Shown piece by piece: positions 26,607 through 41,020 of a DNA stretch of 64,000 bases (within the stretch, counting starts at the first letter, position 1; each line of letters opens with the position of its first letter). The position numbers and the translations under genes are program-made. Where the stretch lies: contig OX597839.1 of NCBI GenBank assembly GCA_951406725.2, positions 40,238,001 through 40,302,000 of the forward strand. Direction: 5' to 3'. Source of the DNA: Octopus vulgaris. Lineage: Eukaryota. The notes under the pieces were generated by a model, which saw only the letters and a program-made list of their open reading frames with translations, did not search any database and was not told the DNA's origin.

Positions 26607-26933
26607 GTGGAGGCGCAATGGCCCAGTGGTTAGGGCAGCGGACTCGCGGTCATAGGATCGCGGTTTCGATTCCCAGACCGGACATTGTGAGTGTTTATTG
26701 AGTGAAAACACCTAAAGCTCTCACTCTTACTTCCTGTTTCTGTTGTACCTGTATTTCAAAGGGCCGGCCTTGTCACTCTCTGTGTCACGCTGAATATCCC
26801 CGAGAACTACGTTAAGGGTACACGTGTCTGTGGAGTGCTCAGCCACTTACACGTTAATTTCACGAGCAGGCTGTTCCGTTGATTCGGATCAACCGGAACC
26901 CTCGTCGTCGTAACCAACGGAGTGCTAGAGGAG
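26607..26933 (+). mobile_element. SINE family B (B1 tail), internally deleted, 11-bp TSD
   Basis: tRNA-like head tggcccagtggttagg...ggactcgcggtc...ggtttcgattccc; TSD attacttgagg at 26596-26606 and 26934-26944; lacks ~60 bp present in other B1 copies. Confidence 0.92.
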
Positions 26934-27090
26934 ATTACTTGAGGTTTCTGCAATCAGAAGGACGGTGATATTGGTTTTCGTTGGTTCGTTTCATTCTTAT
27001 CGTTCCATATTTTGCTATCAACTTTCTTCACGATTCTCCCAAGTTTTTTTCTTATTTTCTCACCGTCCACTGTCTTTAATTTTCTATACT

Positions 27091-27490
27091 CTTTTCTTTT
27101 TTACTTGTTCCAGTCATGCGACTGTGGCCATACTAAAGCACCGCCTTTAGTCAAGCAAATCGACCCCAGAACTTATTCTTTGTAAACCTAGTACTTATTC
27201 TTTCGGTCTCTGTTTGCCGAACCGTTAAGTTACGGAGACGTAAACACACCAGCATCGGTTGCCAAGCGATGTTGTGGAGGGGGGTGCAAACACAGACACA
27301 CAAACATACACACATATATGCATATGCATATATACGAGGGGCTTCTTTCAGTCTCCGTCTACCAAATCCACTCACAAGGCTTTGGTCAGCCCGAGGCTAT
27401 AGTAGAAGACACTTGCACAAGATGTTACGCAGTGGGACTGAACCCGGAACCATGTGGTTGGTAAGCAAGCTACTTACCACACAGCCACTC
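27091..27490 (-). mobile_element. SINE family A, near full length
   Basis: Tail, body, CA tract and head (cttaccacacagccactc) all recognisable. Confidence 0.9.
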
Positions 27491-27824
27491 AAATTTATAT
27501 ATATATGTAAACAAAGTAACATTTGTTTTTTTTTATAAAGATTTCACATGTATATTGTACGATACAAATGCGATGTTTTTCTAAATGCAGAATTGCTGTT
27601 AGAACAACAAAAATACTGGATGAATCACCCTTACAAAGCGGTAAAATTATTTATCAACAATCAGCCTTGGAATTCGAAACCACATCCTCCAAGTCTCCGA
27701 TACAAACACAGAAGATAACTTTACGAACGAAGAATTGCCGTTATAACAGTAGAAATGCTGGGTAAATTACCCTTATAAGTTGGGAAAATAACAAAAAAAA
27801 ACACAACAAAAATAAAAACATAAA

Positions 27825-28230
<406 letters not shown>

Positions 28231-28653
28231 GCAAAAATGATAGCAATTCCATTTATTTGCCGTGTCTACTTTCACTATGCTGAATTGACACCGGTAGATG
28301 TCAGATTAGGTTTAACCTGGGGCATTTCATAATATTATACATGGAACTAACCATTTTCTAAGAATTATTTGATAAACTAGATTAGTGAACCATAGGCCGT
28401 AATGAAAAAAGAATATAGGAAAAAGAATGAATGAAATATGTAAAAAAAAAAAAAACCGTTGGAAATTGCCAATTTTGTGCTATGAGAAAACTGTTTCGTA
28501 GCAGACATGATGGTGTATTCATTTCATTGGCACCGAGCAGACCGTTTTGGGGAGAAAAAAGGAAAAAAAACACTCAATTTCGTGATATGAGATAGTGTAG
28601 ATGTTGCTGTTACTGATATTACTGTTGATGCTGGTGGTGATGATGATGATGAA

Positions 28654-28685
<32 letters not shown>

Positions 28686-28721
28686 CGACGACGACAGAAG
28701 CAAGAAAAACAAAATAAACCA

Positions 28722-28938
28722 ATCTACTACAAGCACAAGGCAAGGCCTGGTATTTTGGGACCTAGTCGATTACATCGACCCCAATGCAAAACTGGTACTT
28801 ATTTCTATCGACCCCCACCCCCACCCCCACCCCGACTGTGATGAAAAGTAAGGTCGATCTTCGGCGGAATTTGAACACAGAACATGAAGGCGAACTGAGA
28901 GAACCTATGATTACATTGACACCAGTACATAACTGTTA
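28722..28938 (-). mobile_element. SINE family C, diverged, plus start of a second body
   Basis: gtcgattacatcgacccc...actggtactta...cggcggaatttgaacacagaac, then gattacattgacaccagtac. Confidence 0.75.
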
Positions 28939-29360
28939 CTTAATCGTCAATAACCATATAATTTATCACTATAAGCACGCGTCTCGAAAGCAAGCAGACA
29001 GAAATTTCTAAAAAAATTTCGCTACTATCGAATCGGCCCCGATTTCTGAGTTAATTCATTTAGATAAATAAGATAATAAAATAAATGAAATACTTACTTG
29101 TACCCATGGAAGAAGTAAACACTAAGTCATGGGTACACTTATGTACACCAAATATGTCGAAAATAGAAATTCTACAGCATACCTCGAGGCACGTGTGATC
29201 GGACTGAAAATTCTCATAGAGTGAGAGAGTCCGGAAATGAATTATATTAAATTTACATCTAATATAGGATAAAATTTTCGAAAAGATTTTATCAATGGCC
29301 AGCATATTAAAAAATACCTTTAAAGGTTAAATTTATAAACTTATAAACAAGGTAAAAAGA
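28939..29360. mobile_element. Truncated tandem copy of the adjacent long-TIR element
   Basis: Repeats 29395-29830 in direct orientation (cttaatcgtcaataaccatataatttatcactataagcac...cctttaaaggttaaatttataaac); lacks the outer left TIR and the right TIR. Confidence 0.85.
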
Positions 29361-29364
29361 AAAA

Positions 29365-29907
29365 AATTCCAATGCCTAATATACCGAAAATAGACTTAAT
29401 CGTCAATAACCATATAATTTATCACTATAAGCACACGTCTCGAAAGCAAGCCGACAGAAATTTCTAAAAATTTTCGTTATTATCGAATCGGCCCCGATTT
29501 CTGAGTTAATTCATTTTTGAATTTTCTCGTCATCAGCGAAAAATACGATAAGAAAATAAATGAAAATACTTACTTGTATCCATGGAAGAAGTAAACACTA
29601 AGTCATTTGTACACTTATGTACTCCAAATATGTCCAAAATAGAAATTCTACAGCATACCTCGAGGCACGTGTAATCGGACTAAAAATTCTCATAGAGTGA
29701 GTGAGTCCGGAAATGAATTGTATTAAATTTACATCTAATATAGGATAAAATTTTCGAAAAACTTTTATCAATGGCGAGCATATAAAAAAATACCTTTAAA
29801 GGTTAAATTTATAAACAACTTATAAAAAAAGGCGAGAAGCGTGCTTATAGTGATAAATTATATGGTTATTGACGATTAAGTCTAATTTCGGCATATTTGG
29901 CATTGAA

Positions 29908-29910
<3 letters not shown>
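29365..29910. mobile_element. MITE-like element with ~78-bp terminal inverted repeats
   Basis: 29365-29442 is the imperfect reverse complement of 29833-29910; no coding capacity; superfamily unassigned. Confidence 0.8.
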
Positions 29911-29989
<79 letters not shown>

Positions 29990-30039
29990 GTAGTAGTAGT
30001 AGTAGTAGTAGTAGTAGCAGTAGCAGTAGTAGTATAATC

Positions 30040-30735
30040 CTTCTTCTTCTTCTTCTTCTTCTTCTTCTCCTCCTCCTTCTTCTTCCTCTCCTCCTTCTTC
30101 TCCTTCTTCTTCCTCTCCTCTTTCTTCTCCTTCTTCTTCTTCTTCTTCTTCCTCTCCTCCTTCTTCTTCTTCTTCTTCTTCTCCTCCTCCTCCTCTTCCT
30201 CCTCCTTCTTCTTCTTCCTCTCCTTCTTCTTCTTCTTCTTCTTCTTCTTCTTCTTCTTCTTCTCCTTCTTCTTCTTCTCCTTCCTCCTCCTTCTTCTTCT
30301 TCTTCTCCTTCTTCTTCTTCTCCTCCTCTTCCTTCTTCTTCTTCTTCTTCTTCTTCTTCTTCTTCTTCTTCTCCTTCTCCTCTTCCTTCTTCTTCTTCTT
30401 CTTCTTCTTCTTCTTCTTCTTCTACTTCCTCTTCTTTTTCTTCTACTTCTACTTCTTCTTCTACTTCTTCTACTTCTTCTTCTTCACCTTCTTCTACTTC
30501 TTCTTCTTCACCTTCTTCTACTTCTTCTTCTACTTCTTCTTCTTCTTCTTCTCTCCTTCTTCTTCTTCTTCTTCTTCTTCTTCTTTTCTTCTTCTTCTTC
30601 CGCTTCTTCTTCTTTTTCTTCTTCTTCCTCTTTATCTTCTTCTTCGTCTTCTACTTCTTCTTCTCCTTCTTCTTCTTCTCCTTCTTCTTCTTCTTCTTCT
30701 TCTTCTTCTTCTTCTCCTTCTTCTTCTTCCTCTTC
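30040..30735. repeat. (CTT)n/(CTC)n polypyrimidine microsatellite
   Basis: Directly visible; ~700 bp almost entirely pyrimidine on the + strand. Confidence 0.95.
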
Positions 30736-31241
30736 TTGCCGTTATACGGTGAGTCGGTTAGCAAAACTGGGTTACACTAAGAATTAATGTAGTTTACCGC
30801 TGGGAATAAACTACAAACCAGTCCGTCTCACGAAGAGTTATGAACACCGAACTCGCAAAGCGTTTAATATTAACACATAAACCTGAAAAAAAAAAAACAA
30901 AATGGCTGTTATTCGACATTTATTTCGTTATTTTGCAGTAAATGACATATTAAAACACACCGACCTAATACAAACAGCGTAAAACACGATTCACCTGAAA
31001 CTCCAACGCATCATATATATACGTACACACACACACACGTGAGTGTGTGTATATGCTTAAGCACACACACATGCGTGTATATGCATGTATATATATATAT
31101 ATATGTATTTATGGATATATATATGTGTGTGTGCGTGTGAATGCACATATATATATATATATATATATGCATTCACACGCACACACACATATATATATAA
31201 GTATGTATTTATGGATATATATATGTGTGTGTGCCTGTGAA

Positions 31242-31325
<84 letters not shown>

Positions 31326-32051
31326 CATACATGTCGGCCAGTGAAGAATGGTGAAATGGGCTATGGAATGTATGTTATAGATGAAGTTATATTTTTACGG
31401 CAGAATATGAAACGGTTAAAGTATTGTAATTTTTGTCTTTTATGAGATAAAAACATGAAAGCGAAAAGAAAAATAGAAATATCATTAATTTACACCAATA
31501 TGTTGACATAGTAACCTATCTAAAATATGGATGGATGTATGTGATTAGAAATGAAATAGAAAAAAAAACGAATTCTTCAGAGATATACGTTGAATATATT
31601 ATACATACATACGTACATACGCGCCTACGTAGATACATAAATATAAGCATACATATTTGCATATATACATAAGCAGATACATACACATACATACACATAT
31701 AAACATACACATAAGTGAACAGAGATGCACACTCATTCAAACACACACACACACACACACACACACAAGCACACACACAGATACAGAAAGATACACTCAC
31801 AAAGACACACGCGCACACACATATAGAGATAAAGAGATAGAAATCTAGATAGATAGATATATAGATAGATAGATAAATAGTTAGGTAGATATATAAATAG
31901 ATGAATAGATAGATAGATGGATAGATAGATAGACAGATAGATAGATCAATAGATAGGTTGATAGATAGATAGATAAATAGATAGTTCGATAGATAGATGT
32001 AGATAGATAGGTAGCTAGATAGATAGGTAGATAGGTAGATAGATAAGTAGA

Positions 32052-32110
<59 letters not shown>

Positions 32111-32660
32111 TTGTATGCCTATAGGTACATTTTTAGTGATTATAGAAAAGCATGTCATGTCTCTAATACATATTGTGTGTGTATATAGATATATATATAA
32201 ACATAGAACAATACATATACACACATACATACTTATGTACAAGTTTGTGAGTGCATATGACTTTATACTTATTCACTGTATGCGTATATGTGTGTGTGTG
32301 TGTGTGCGTAGAGTTTGTCCTAGAAAAGTATATTTATTCTGTCACATTAATGTCACTAATGGTTCTGCTTTAAATGTCATATCTATAAAATCGCAGAACA
32401 AAATATAGCAAAGAGTAAAGAAAAACAATGGAAAAACAAAGCAAAGATAAAACGTAAAAAAAAAACACATGAAGATATGAAGAAAAATATCAGGCAAAAG
32501 CAGGCAAAAAGGGTATTATTATATTGTATAACACCTCGGTTCTGTATTGTTACTTATTGACGATAGAAAACATTAGCTTTGTTATCACAACCTAACAATT
32601 ACAGAACGGGACTTTTTACGGCAATACACCACACACAAACACATATATGTATATATATAT

Positions 32661-32705
<45 letters not shown>

Positions 32706-33065
32706 CATACATACATACATACATACATACATACTCACGTCTATGTATATATATACATACAAACATACATACTCACACACAGATGTGTATGCTACATATG
32801 CCTAGATATTGTTTATGAATAATAAATATAAAAGAGTGTCGAAATACATGTGTATGTACACTCGTATGTATGTCTCTCTCTCTATATATATATATATCCC
32901 AAAAGTATGATCTGTAAAACGCTGGGACGTAGGTAAATTGTACGTGCGGCTATTAGCAACACTGTTGTGTTTGTTGCGCATGCGCATGCGCCTGCCCCTG
33001 ACCTCGCGCGCGTCTCGCAGCCACGCTCAGTCTTGACTTATCAGTCGTATCTGATTGAGCTTCCG

Positions 33066-33473
33066 ATTCGGTTTTCGAACGCAAAAAGGCATTAAACCGG
33101 TTGAAATTAATCGCCAATTGATGGAAGTGCATGGATGTAGAGTCGTGCATTGATGTCAAAAACGTCCGCAAGTGGTGTCGGGAGATTGCTGCTGGTTATA
33201 CTGAAATTCATGACCAAGAAAGAAGCAGGTGACCATCAATTCCCCACTTGAGAGTCATAAAGGTTGAGCAAATCCTACGTGAAAATCGGTAGATCACTCT
33301 GGATAATCTCCGCATTTTGGTACCTGAGGTTTACCTAAACACCATTCAAATGATTTTGACAGAAAAGTTGCAATATCGGAATGTTTGCGCAAGCTGGGTC
33401 ATGCGAATGCTCAGAGATGACCATCAACAGCAACCCACCTTATAGTGAGGACTTGGCACCCAGTGGCTACCAT
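33066..33473 (+). pseudogene. Mariner transposase remnant with internal deletion
   Basis: Manual translation across frameshifts/stops: IRFSNAK..KPVEINRQLMEV..VRKWCRE..DQERSR*P..ILTEKLQYRNVCASWVMRML (WVPxxL linker), then directly PPYSEDLAPSGYH (YSPDLAPSDY motif). Confidence 0.85.
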
Positions 33474-33809
33474 AATGAAGCGAAGGCCATTAATGAGTAC
33501 ATAATCTTTGGTATAACCTTAGGTACGCACAGCCCACTATCAGAAAATTTCATTCAAGGACGACGATGAGTATAGGGAAATAAGTGAGATTAAATTGGCG
33601 TATATTGATTATGGAACCATTGACTGGAGGCAAGTACTTGGAGAAGGCCTTTGGCTAACGTGTATTAAGAGATTAAGGGTTATAAGTTAGATAACTTAAG
33701 ACACATTTGGAGGTTAGTTCGGGATACTTCGGCCATAACATATACCACATGTAATGAAAGAGGAAAACAAGGAAGGATTAAGACGCGCGGCAATAGTAAG
33801 GGAAGAAAA

Positions 33810-33856
33810 TGAAGGAAGGAAGGAAGGAAGGAAGGAAGGAAGGAAGGAAGGAGGGA

Positions 33857-33887
<31 letters not shown>

Positions 33888-34160
33888 TAAGAAAGAAAGA
33901 GAGAAATAAGGAAAGAAAGAAAGAAAGAAAAGAAGGAATAAGAAAGAAAGAAAGAAAGAAAGAGAGAGAAAGAAAGAAAGAAAGAAAGGAAGGAAGGAAG
34001 GAAGGAAGGAGAGAAGGAAAGAAAGAAAGAAAGAAAGTAAGAAAGAAAGAGAGAAATAAGGAAAGAAAGAAAGAAAGAAAAGAAAGAAAGAGAGAGAAAG
34101 AAAGAAAGAAAGAAAGAAAGAAAGGAAGGAAGGAAGGAAGGAAGGAAGGAGAGAAGGATG
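33810..34160. repeat. (GGAA)n/(GAAA)n polypurine microsatellite
   Basis: Directly visible; includes an internal ~150-bp duplication. Confidence 0.95.
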
Positions 34161-34270
34161 AATGAACGAATGTTTCTCGTTGCATTTATAATTTTTAAAA
34201 AATAATCATAAGAAACAAGCCACACATTCTCATAACACATGCATGCCTAAATGCATGTGTATGTGTGAGC

Positions 34271-34304
<34 letters not shown>

Positions 34305-34544
34305 AATGATATGCTTACATACATACAATATACATACACATATATATGTACACGTATACATTCATGCATCTACGTACACACGCACTCATACACACAGATA
34401 CACATACACACGCATACATACATACATACATACATATACATTCAGTGATACTTGACTGTTCCCACCAGATGCCTCGCGAGAAGGTCGCTGGTTTGACATT
34501 TAAAACAAAAAAAATGAAACGAGAATAATTCTTTTATAAGAAGT

Positions 34545-34575
<31 letters not shown>

Positions 34576-34714
34576 TTTTAATTTTTTTTTTATTTATATA
34601 CTTGGTTGATTTTAATTGCAAAACGTACAAAATATTAATATTAATGCTAAGAAAAAAACAGCACCGATAATAATAATAAACAACAGTCATAAAAAGACCA
34701 GTAATGATGATGAT

Positions 34715-34760
34715 GATAATAATAACAATAACAACAATAAGGTGACTAGTACTACGACTG

Positions 34761-34811
<51 letters not shown>

Positions 34812-35027
34812 AAATAATAATAATAATAATGTTAGTAATAAAAGTAATGTTAGTAATAAAAGTAATAATAATAATAATGATGATGATGATGATAATAATA
34901 ATAATAATAACAATAATACAGTAATAATAACTATTAACAGCAACAACAATGACAATAACAATGATAATAATAATGATAATAATAATAATAATAATAATAA
35001 TAATATAATATAATAATAATAATATTG

Positions 35028-35061
<34 letters not shown>

Positions 35062-35141
35062 TAATAATAATAATAATAATAATGATAATAATAATAATAG
35101 TGATAATAATAATAATAATAATAATAATGATAATAATAATG

Positions 35142-35172
<31 letters not shown>

Positions 35173-35250
35173 AAATAATAATAATAATAATAGTAAATAA
35201 TAATAATAATAGATATAATAATAAAATATATAATAATAATAATAATAATG

Positions 35251-35286
<36 letters not shown>

Positions 35287-35354
35287 TGATAATAATAATA
35301 ATAATAATAATAATGATAATAATAAATAATAATAATAATATGATAATAATAATA

Positions 35355-35389
<35 letters not shown>

Positions 35390-35424
35390 GAAGAAGAAGA
35401 AGAAGAAGAAGAATAACAATAATA

Positions 35425-35455
<31 letters not shown>

Positions 35456-35472
35456 GAAGAAGAAGAAGAAAA

Positions 35473-35516
<44 letters not shown>

Positions 35517-35530
35517 TAATAATAATAATA
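34715..35530. repeat. (ACT)n/(AAT)n/(AAG)n compound microsatellite
   Basis: Directly visible. Confidence 0.95.
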
Positions 35531-35948
35531 ATAACAATAATAGTGATACTGCTGCTGTTGATGATGATAAAGAATATAACGATGATGATGATGATGATGC
35601 GGGTGATGCTGTTGATAATGATATATATATATATATATATCATGTTTGAAAAAAATGTATTAAACAACAAAAAAAGCTCTTTTGTCAGTCGTTGAATGTT
35701 AGTTTCATCAAATATCTCCTATTTTGCATATTACGGTGAATGCAATTACAAAGGTCTTCAGGAATGAGTGATCTTCAGATGAATGGAACGAACACGTCAA
35801 GCTCACACAATGCCTCACACACAAAACACACAACACACATACACACATACACACATGTACACATATGTTTATACACATTATATATATATACATACATATA
35901 TACATATATATATATACGTATATATATATATATGTATATATATATATG

Positions 35949-35979
<31 letters not shown>

Positions 35980-36067
35980 GTATATACATACATATATATA
36001 TACATATATATATATACGTATATATATATACATATATATATACGTATATATATATATATACATATAA

Positions 36068-36161
<94 letters not shown>

Positions 36162-36546
36162 GCGTTTGTGTGTGTGTGTATACATACTCGTATATACTGT
36201 CACATGCATGGTTTTCTTTCTCTGCTTTCAGTTACCAATTGCGACCTCCTATGGAAGTTAGGTGACGATCTGGTTTCGATTATTGATCAATTCTCTGTTC
36301 TTTCACTCCCGACGTGGGGGCCCAGCATGGCACGATATAAATATCATATGATTAATGAAGTCGCTATCGAAGATCTATCACCCATTGTGACGATAATAAT
36401 GGTTTCCATAAAACGACTACGGGATTTGGTAAATCTGTTAGAGTCAGTGAATTCGAACCGTATATCACTGGTACTGATTAACGTTTATAGAATCAAGAGG
36501 AATCCATTCATCAACTAATCAGGTAATCAATCAATTTGTCTTTCTG

Positions 36547-36662
<116 letters not shown>

Positions 36663-36749
36663 TCTATCTAGCTAGCTAGCTAGCTAATAGCTATCTGTTT
36701 GCTCGTCTGTTTATTTCTCTTGGTCTATTTCTCTGTATCTATCTGTCTG

Positions 36750-36851
<102 letters not shown>

Positions 36852-36968
36852 ACTACCTATGTATCGATCACTTTATATCTATTTATATCTATTTTTCTCT
36901 ACATATTTTGTTATGAATCATTCTTTCTATCTATATCTATCTTTATATATGTTTATTTATCAATCTCT

Positions 36969-37023
<55 letters not shown>

Positions 37024-37046
37024 TACATAGGTTGCGAGACTATACG

Positions 37047-37353
37047 TTGTTGTTTGTTCCTTCTCGAGCCACGCCTAGTTCATAAGCGCCAGTTTCCCGG
37101 GTTCATTAGCGTATAGGTTCTCCATCTGGACGGGATATCTCTCCGTCTCAGGTGAGCTACTAAATGAAAAAGGAGAGAGTGACAGAAATTTATGACGGAG
37201 GAGTCAGCAGAAGTTCGCCATTATCTTCTGCCGGTGCTAAGTGGAGCTTAGCTGTTTCGCTCATAAACAAACACATCGCCTGGTTTGAGATTCGAACTCG
37301 CGATCTCTCGACCGCGAGTCCGCAGCTCTAACCACTAGGCCATGTGCCTCTAC
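37047..37353 (-). mobile_element. SINE family B variant (B2 tail), 14-bp TSD
   Basis: Head tggcctagtggttagagctgcggactcgcggtcg...gttcgaatc; TSD tgcgag(a/c)ctatacg at 37033-37046 and 37354-37367; aacaacaa tail. Confidence 0.85.
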
Positions 37354-37444
37354 TGCGAGCCTATACGGAGACACTTAATTATTAGCATATTACACTCTTC
37401 AAGCCAATTAAATGGTTTTTAAAAAAGGTTTTTTCAGATCTCCC

Positions 37445-38829
37445 ATGGCGGATTTCTAACACAAGAAATATAAAGACATGAACACGTTGCTGGTTTATCT
37501 GTGGAATACAGTGATTAAAAAATTACCAAATTTCTAAAGGTTACAAAGTCTTTCGAACACAAAGTTCTGATGTACCTGGAAGCCTCTTGTGGGAATGTTT
37601 CAACTCTACCAAAACAAAAAAGAAGCGACAGTTTAACTGTTCGGGAACTATTAAGACATCGCATTTCATTCAACGGGTGGTCTATTTTATCGATGATTAT
37701 CGGGAAAATTCTATAAAAGTCATCACCAAAAAAATTCACTTTACGGTGTAGAATATGAGAACAGTGATGCATGATAGTATTCCAATCGTATGTATTGAGG
37801 TGGGGCAATCCATGTTTGCAAAGATACAGGAAAATATTGTGATCTATGTGGAAGCACTCCGTCGGTTACGACGATGAGGGTTCCGGTTGATCCGATCAAC
37901 GGAACAGCCTGCTCGTGAAATTAACGTGTAAGTGGCTGAGCACTCCACAGACACGTGTACCCTTGACGTAGTTCTCGGGGATATTCAGCGTGACACAGAG
38001 AGTGACAAGGCCGGCCCTTTGAAATACAGGTACAACAGAAACAGGAAGTAAGAGTGAGAGAAAGTTGTGGTGAAAGAGTACAGCAGGGATCACCACCATC
38101 CCCTGCTGGAGATTCGTGGAGCTTTAGGTGTTTTCGCTCAATAAACACTCACAACGCCCGGTCTGGGAATCGAAACCGCGATCCTACGACCGTGAGTCCG
38201 CTGCCCTAACCACTGGGCCATTGCGCCTCCACCTGTGATCTATACCAAACGGTTACTTAACAAGGTTAGATATCTCATGGACATCGTATTTTGGCTCTTC
38301 TCAGCTGAAAAAATTCTCGGAACTACTGTTAAAGCCTAACAGGAGAAATGACAGACGGCCATGAGCAGATCCTTGGTTATATAAGAGTGACGTACACCAA
38401 GTTTCCAACAAGTTTGACTGTTAGTAAAGAAGGTCATGGTCAGACAATCATACGTTTCTCTCAGGGGCTAAGATTTAATGATACTTTGTAAGTTGTGCTG
38501 CTGGACACAGTTGTTAAACCCGGATGGATGAGTTGGCAGTGGAAGACCTTACGTTTATCAAAAAGACTCAGCTCCTCACAAGGGCCATCTTACCCAAATG
38601 ATATTTACGATCATGTAGCACTTAACATGTGGCCTCCGAAACTACCAGATTTAAATCTCATAAAAGAGCACGTTTAGAGTTTTGTCGAAAGGTTGACTAA
38701 AGGACAACGCCCAAAACATTCCAGTCATTAATGGACGACATTGTCCAGGTGATGACCAAATTGGATGAGGACCATTTAGAGCAAGGATTCTTCGAATCAG
38801 TCGGCAAAGCTGAAGGTGGGTTCATTTAA
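37445..38829 (+). pseudogene. Transposase pseudogene (maT/DD37D-like), interrupted by a SINE
   Basis: Manual translation: MAD..ITKFLKVTKSFEHKV..FIQRVVYFIDD..GQSM..KRLLNKV..LFSAEK (FSDEK)..NRRNDR..TKFP..RPYVYQKDSAPHK..MWPPKLPDLN..AEGGFI*; many frameshifts and stops. Confidence 0.8.
37848..38233 (-). mobile_element. SINE family B (B1), full length, 10-bp TSD
   Basis: TSD tgtgatctat at 37838-37847 and 38234-38243; nearly identical to 50357-50749. Confidence 0.95.
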
Positions 38830-38974
38830 TAATCTCATGAGTCAGCTATTGGGGACATGTACACGGTTTCTTTTAATAAAAATATATTTGTGTTTTTGCT
38901 AGATTAGAATTGTTTTCTATCGTTAACGAATATGTTCTCAAATTCCTCTCGCAGCCTCCATGTCTCCACATGCA

Positions 38975-39033
<59 letters not shown>

Positions 39034-39125
39034 ATGCATCCACACCCACAATAATCACACTCACACTCTCACAAAGAGACTGACACATAAATGTGTGTAT
39101 ATGCAGATATATATTTATGTGTATA

Positions 39126-39165
<40 letters not shown>

Positions 39166-39426
39166 GACATGTTTGTGTATGTATGTACAAAAAAGATTGC
39201 ATGTCTTGTACTTCCTTGTATGCGCATGTATATATATTCATATAGATACACACAGACAGGCACATACATGGATATATGCATATATATATATACATACATA
39301 TATACACGCATTCGTACATACATACATATATGCATACGTACGTACATATAGAGGTAGAGAGAGATATATGCACGCACACATATATATATATAATATGTGC
39401 ATACAGACAATGAATCTCAATTTATT

Positions 39427-39463
<37 letters not shown>

Positions 39464-39975
39464 CACAGGTATGCAAGTATATGAACATGTATATGAACAT
39501 GTACATATATCCGTGCATACACACAACCTCTAACGTTGTAAGACAGACACATAAACACTGGCTTCTACAACACACAAATCTTATCACTTCGTCGGTAAGA
39601 TAACAGTGATTTCACAAAGGTGTATCAGATATAGTTTTATATTAATTCAATCATACAACAATGAAGTAAATGAAGACAAAAAAAATACGACTGAAAGAGT
39701 TATACGGAATAAAGAATAAATATAAAAGCAAAATAGAAAAAAGAGGATAAAAAATGGGAAACAATCTGTCTGAATAAAAGGTAGAGAGAGAGAGAGAGAA
39801 AAAAAAAAAAGATGAAATAAAGTAAGAATAGGAAAGTAATGAAATGATAGGAAAAAGGGGTTATGTTTAATAAGATAGAAAGTGGCGAGGGTGAGATATA
39901 TAGCAAATATGGTGGAAATCAGAACGGATAATTGAACCACTATGTATATATATGCATATATATAAATATATATAA

Positions 39976-40092
<117 letters not shown>

Positions 40093-40233
40093 TGTATGTA
40101 TGTATACACACACACATATATATCTATATATATATATGTATATATATATATACATATATGTATATATTTGTGAGCGTATATAAATATATCTATGTGTGTA
40201 TACATATACACATGTTGTGTTTATATATATATT

Positions 40234-40269
<36 letters not shown>

Positions 40270-40384
40270 CATATATACATATATACATATATACACATAT
40301 ACATGCATACATGCATATATATATATATGTCGTGTGTATACATTAATCTGCATATATATATACATATATACATATATGCACACC

Positions 40385-40430
<46 letters not shown>

Positions 40431-40653
40431 CTACAACTACTGATTCTACCACAACGACAACAACAACAATATCAGCAACGTTCTTTTTTTTTTTTTTACA
40501 GCAATGATAATTAATGCAATCTAATATTAATACAATATCAAGAAGCGATTAATTATATCACCATATTTTTATTCTTTTTTTCCTTCTTTCATTTCACCTT
40601 ATTTCCTGCTCTCATCTTTCTCGTCTTTCGCCATATCTTCTCTTTCCCTCCTA

Positions 40654-40689
<36 letters not shown>

Positions 40690-41020
40690 TTCCTTCCTTT
40701 TTCTTTCCTCTCTCTCTCTCTCTCTGTTTTTTTTTTATGCTGCTGCGAAATCTCACTTCGCTCTCGGATGTTCGAGTAGGCGCCGATCCAAAAGTCAACA
40801 CATACAAAGTGTTTTAATTACTAATTATCTTACTTAAAGGTCTGTAGTTTGTGAGTAGGAGAGCGGAGAGCGGAGAGCGGAGAATGGAGAGCAGAGAGTG
40901 GAGAGTGTAGTATGAAGGAGTACCGAATGGTTGGCAATTTTGACTGGCAATCATATAATAGTTTTTTTTTTTTTTGGTTTTGTTTTATATCGTTTACCTT
41001 TATTTTGTTTTTACTTTTTA

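Larger units (their letters stand above)
37024..38963 (+). mobile_element. Decayed full-length Tc1/mariner-superfamily transposon (maT/DD37D-like) with two nested SINEs
   Basis: Transposase remnant inside; imperfect inverted ends acataggttgcgaga (left) and tctcgcagcctccatgt (right); SINEs at 37047-37353 and 37848-38233 each have their own TSD. Confidence 0.65.

Noticed and set aside
26607-26685. Functional tRNA-Arg gene
   Set aside because: It is the head of SINE family B: no proper acceptor stem, continues into the SINE body and is bounded by TSDs.
30798-30905. Strong minus-strand acceptor (T-tract + CAG at ~30883) with a possible 85-nt exon
   Set aside because: The donor is weak (GTAAAC), the peptide is unrecognisable, and poly-T plus CAG is common by chance here.
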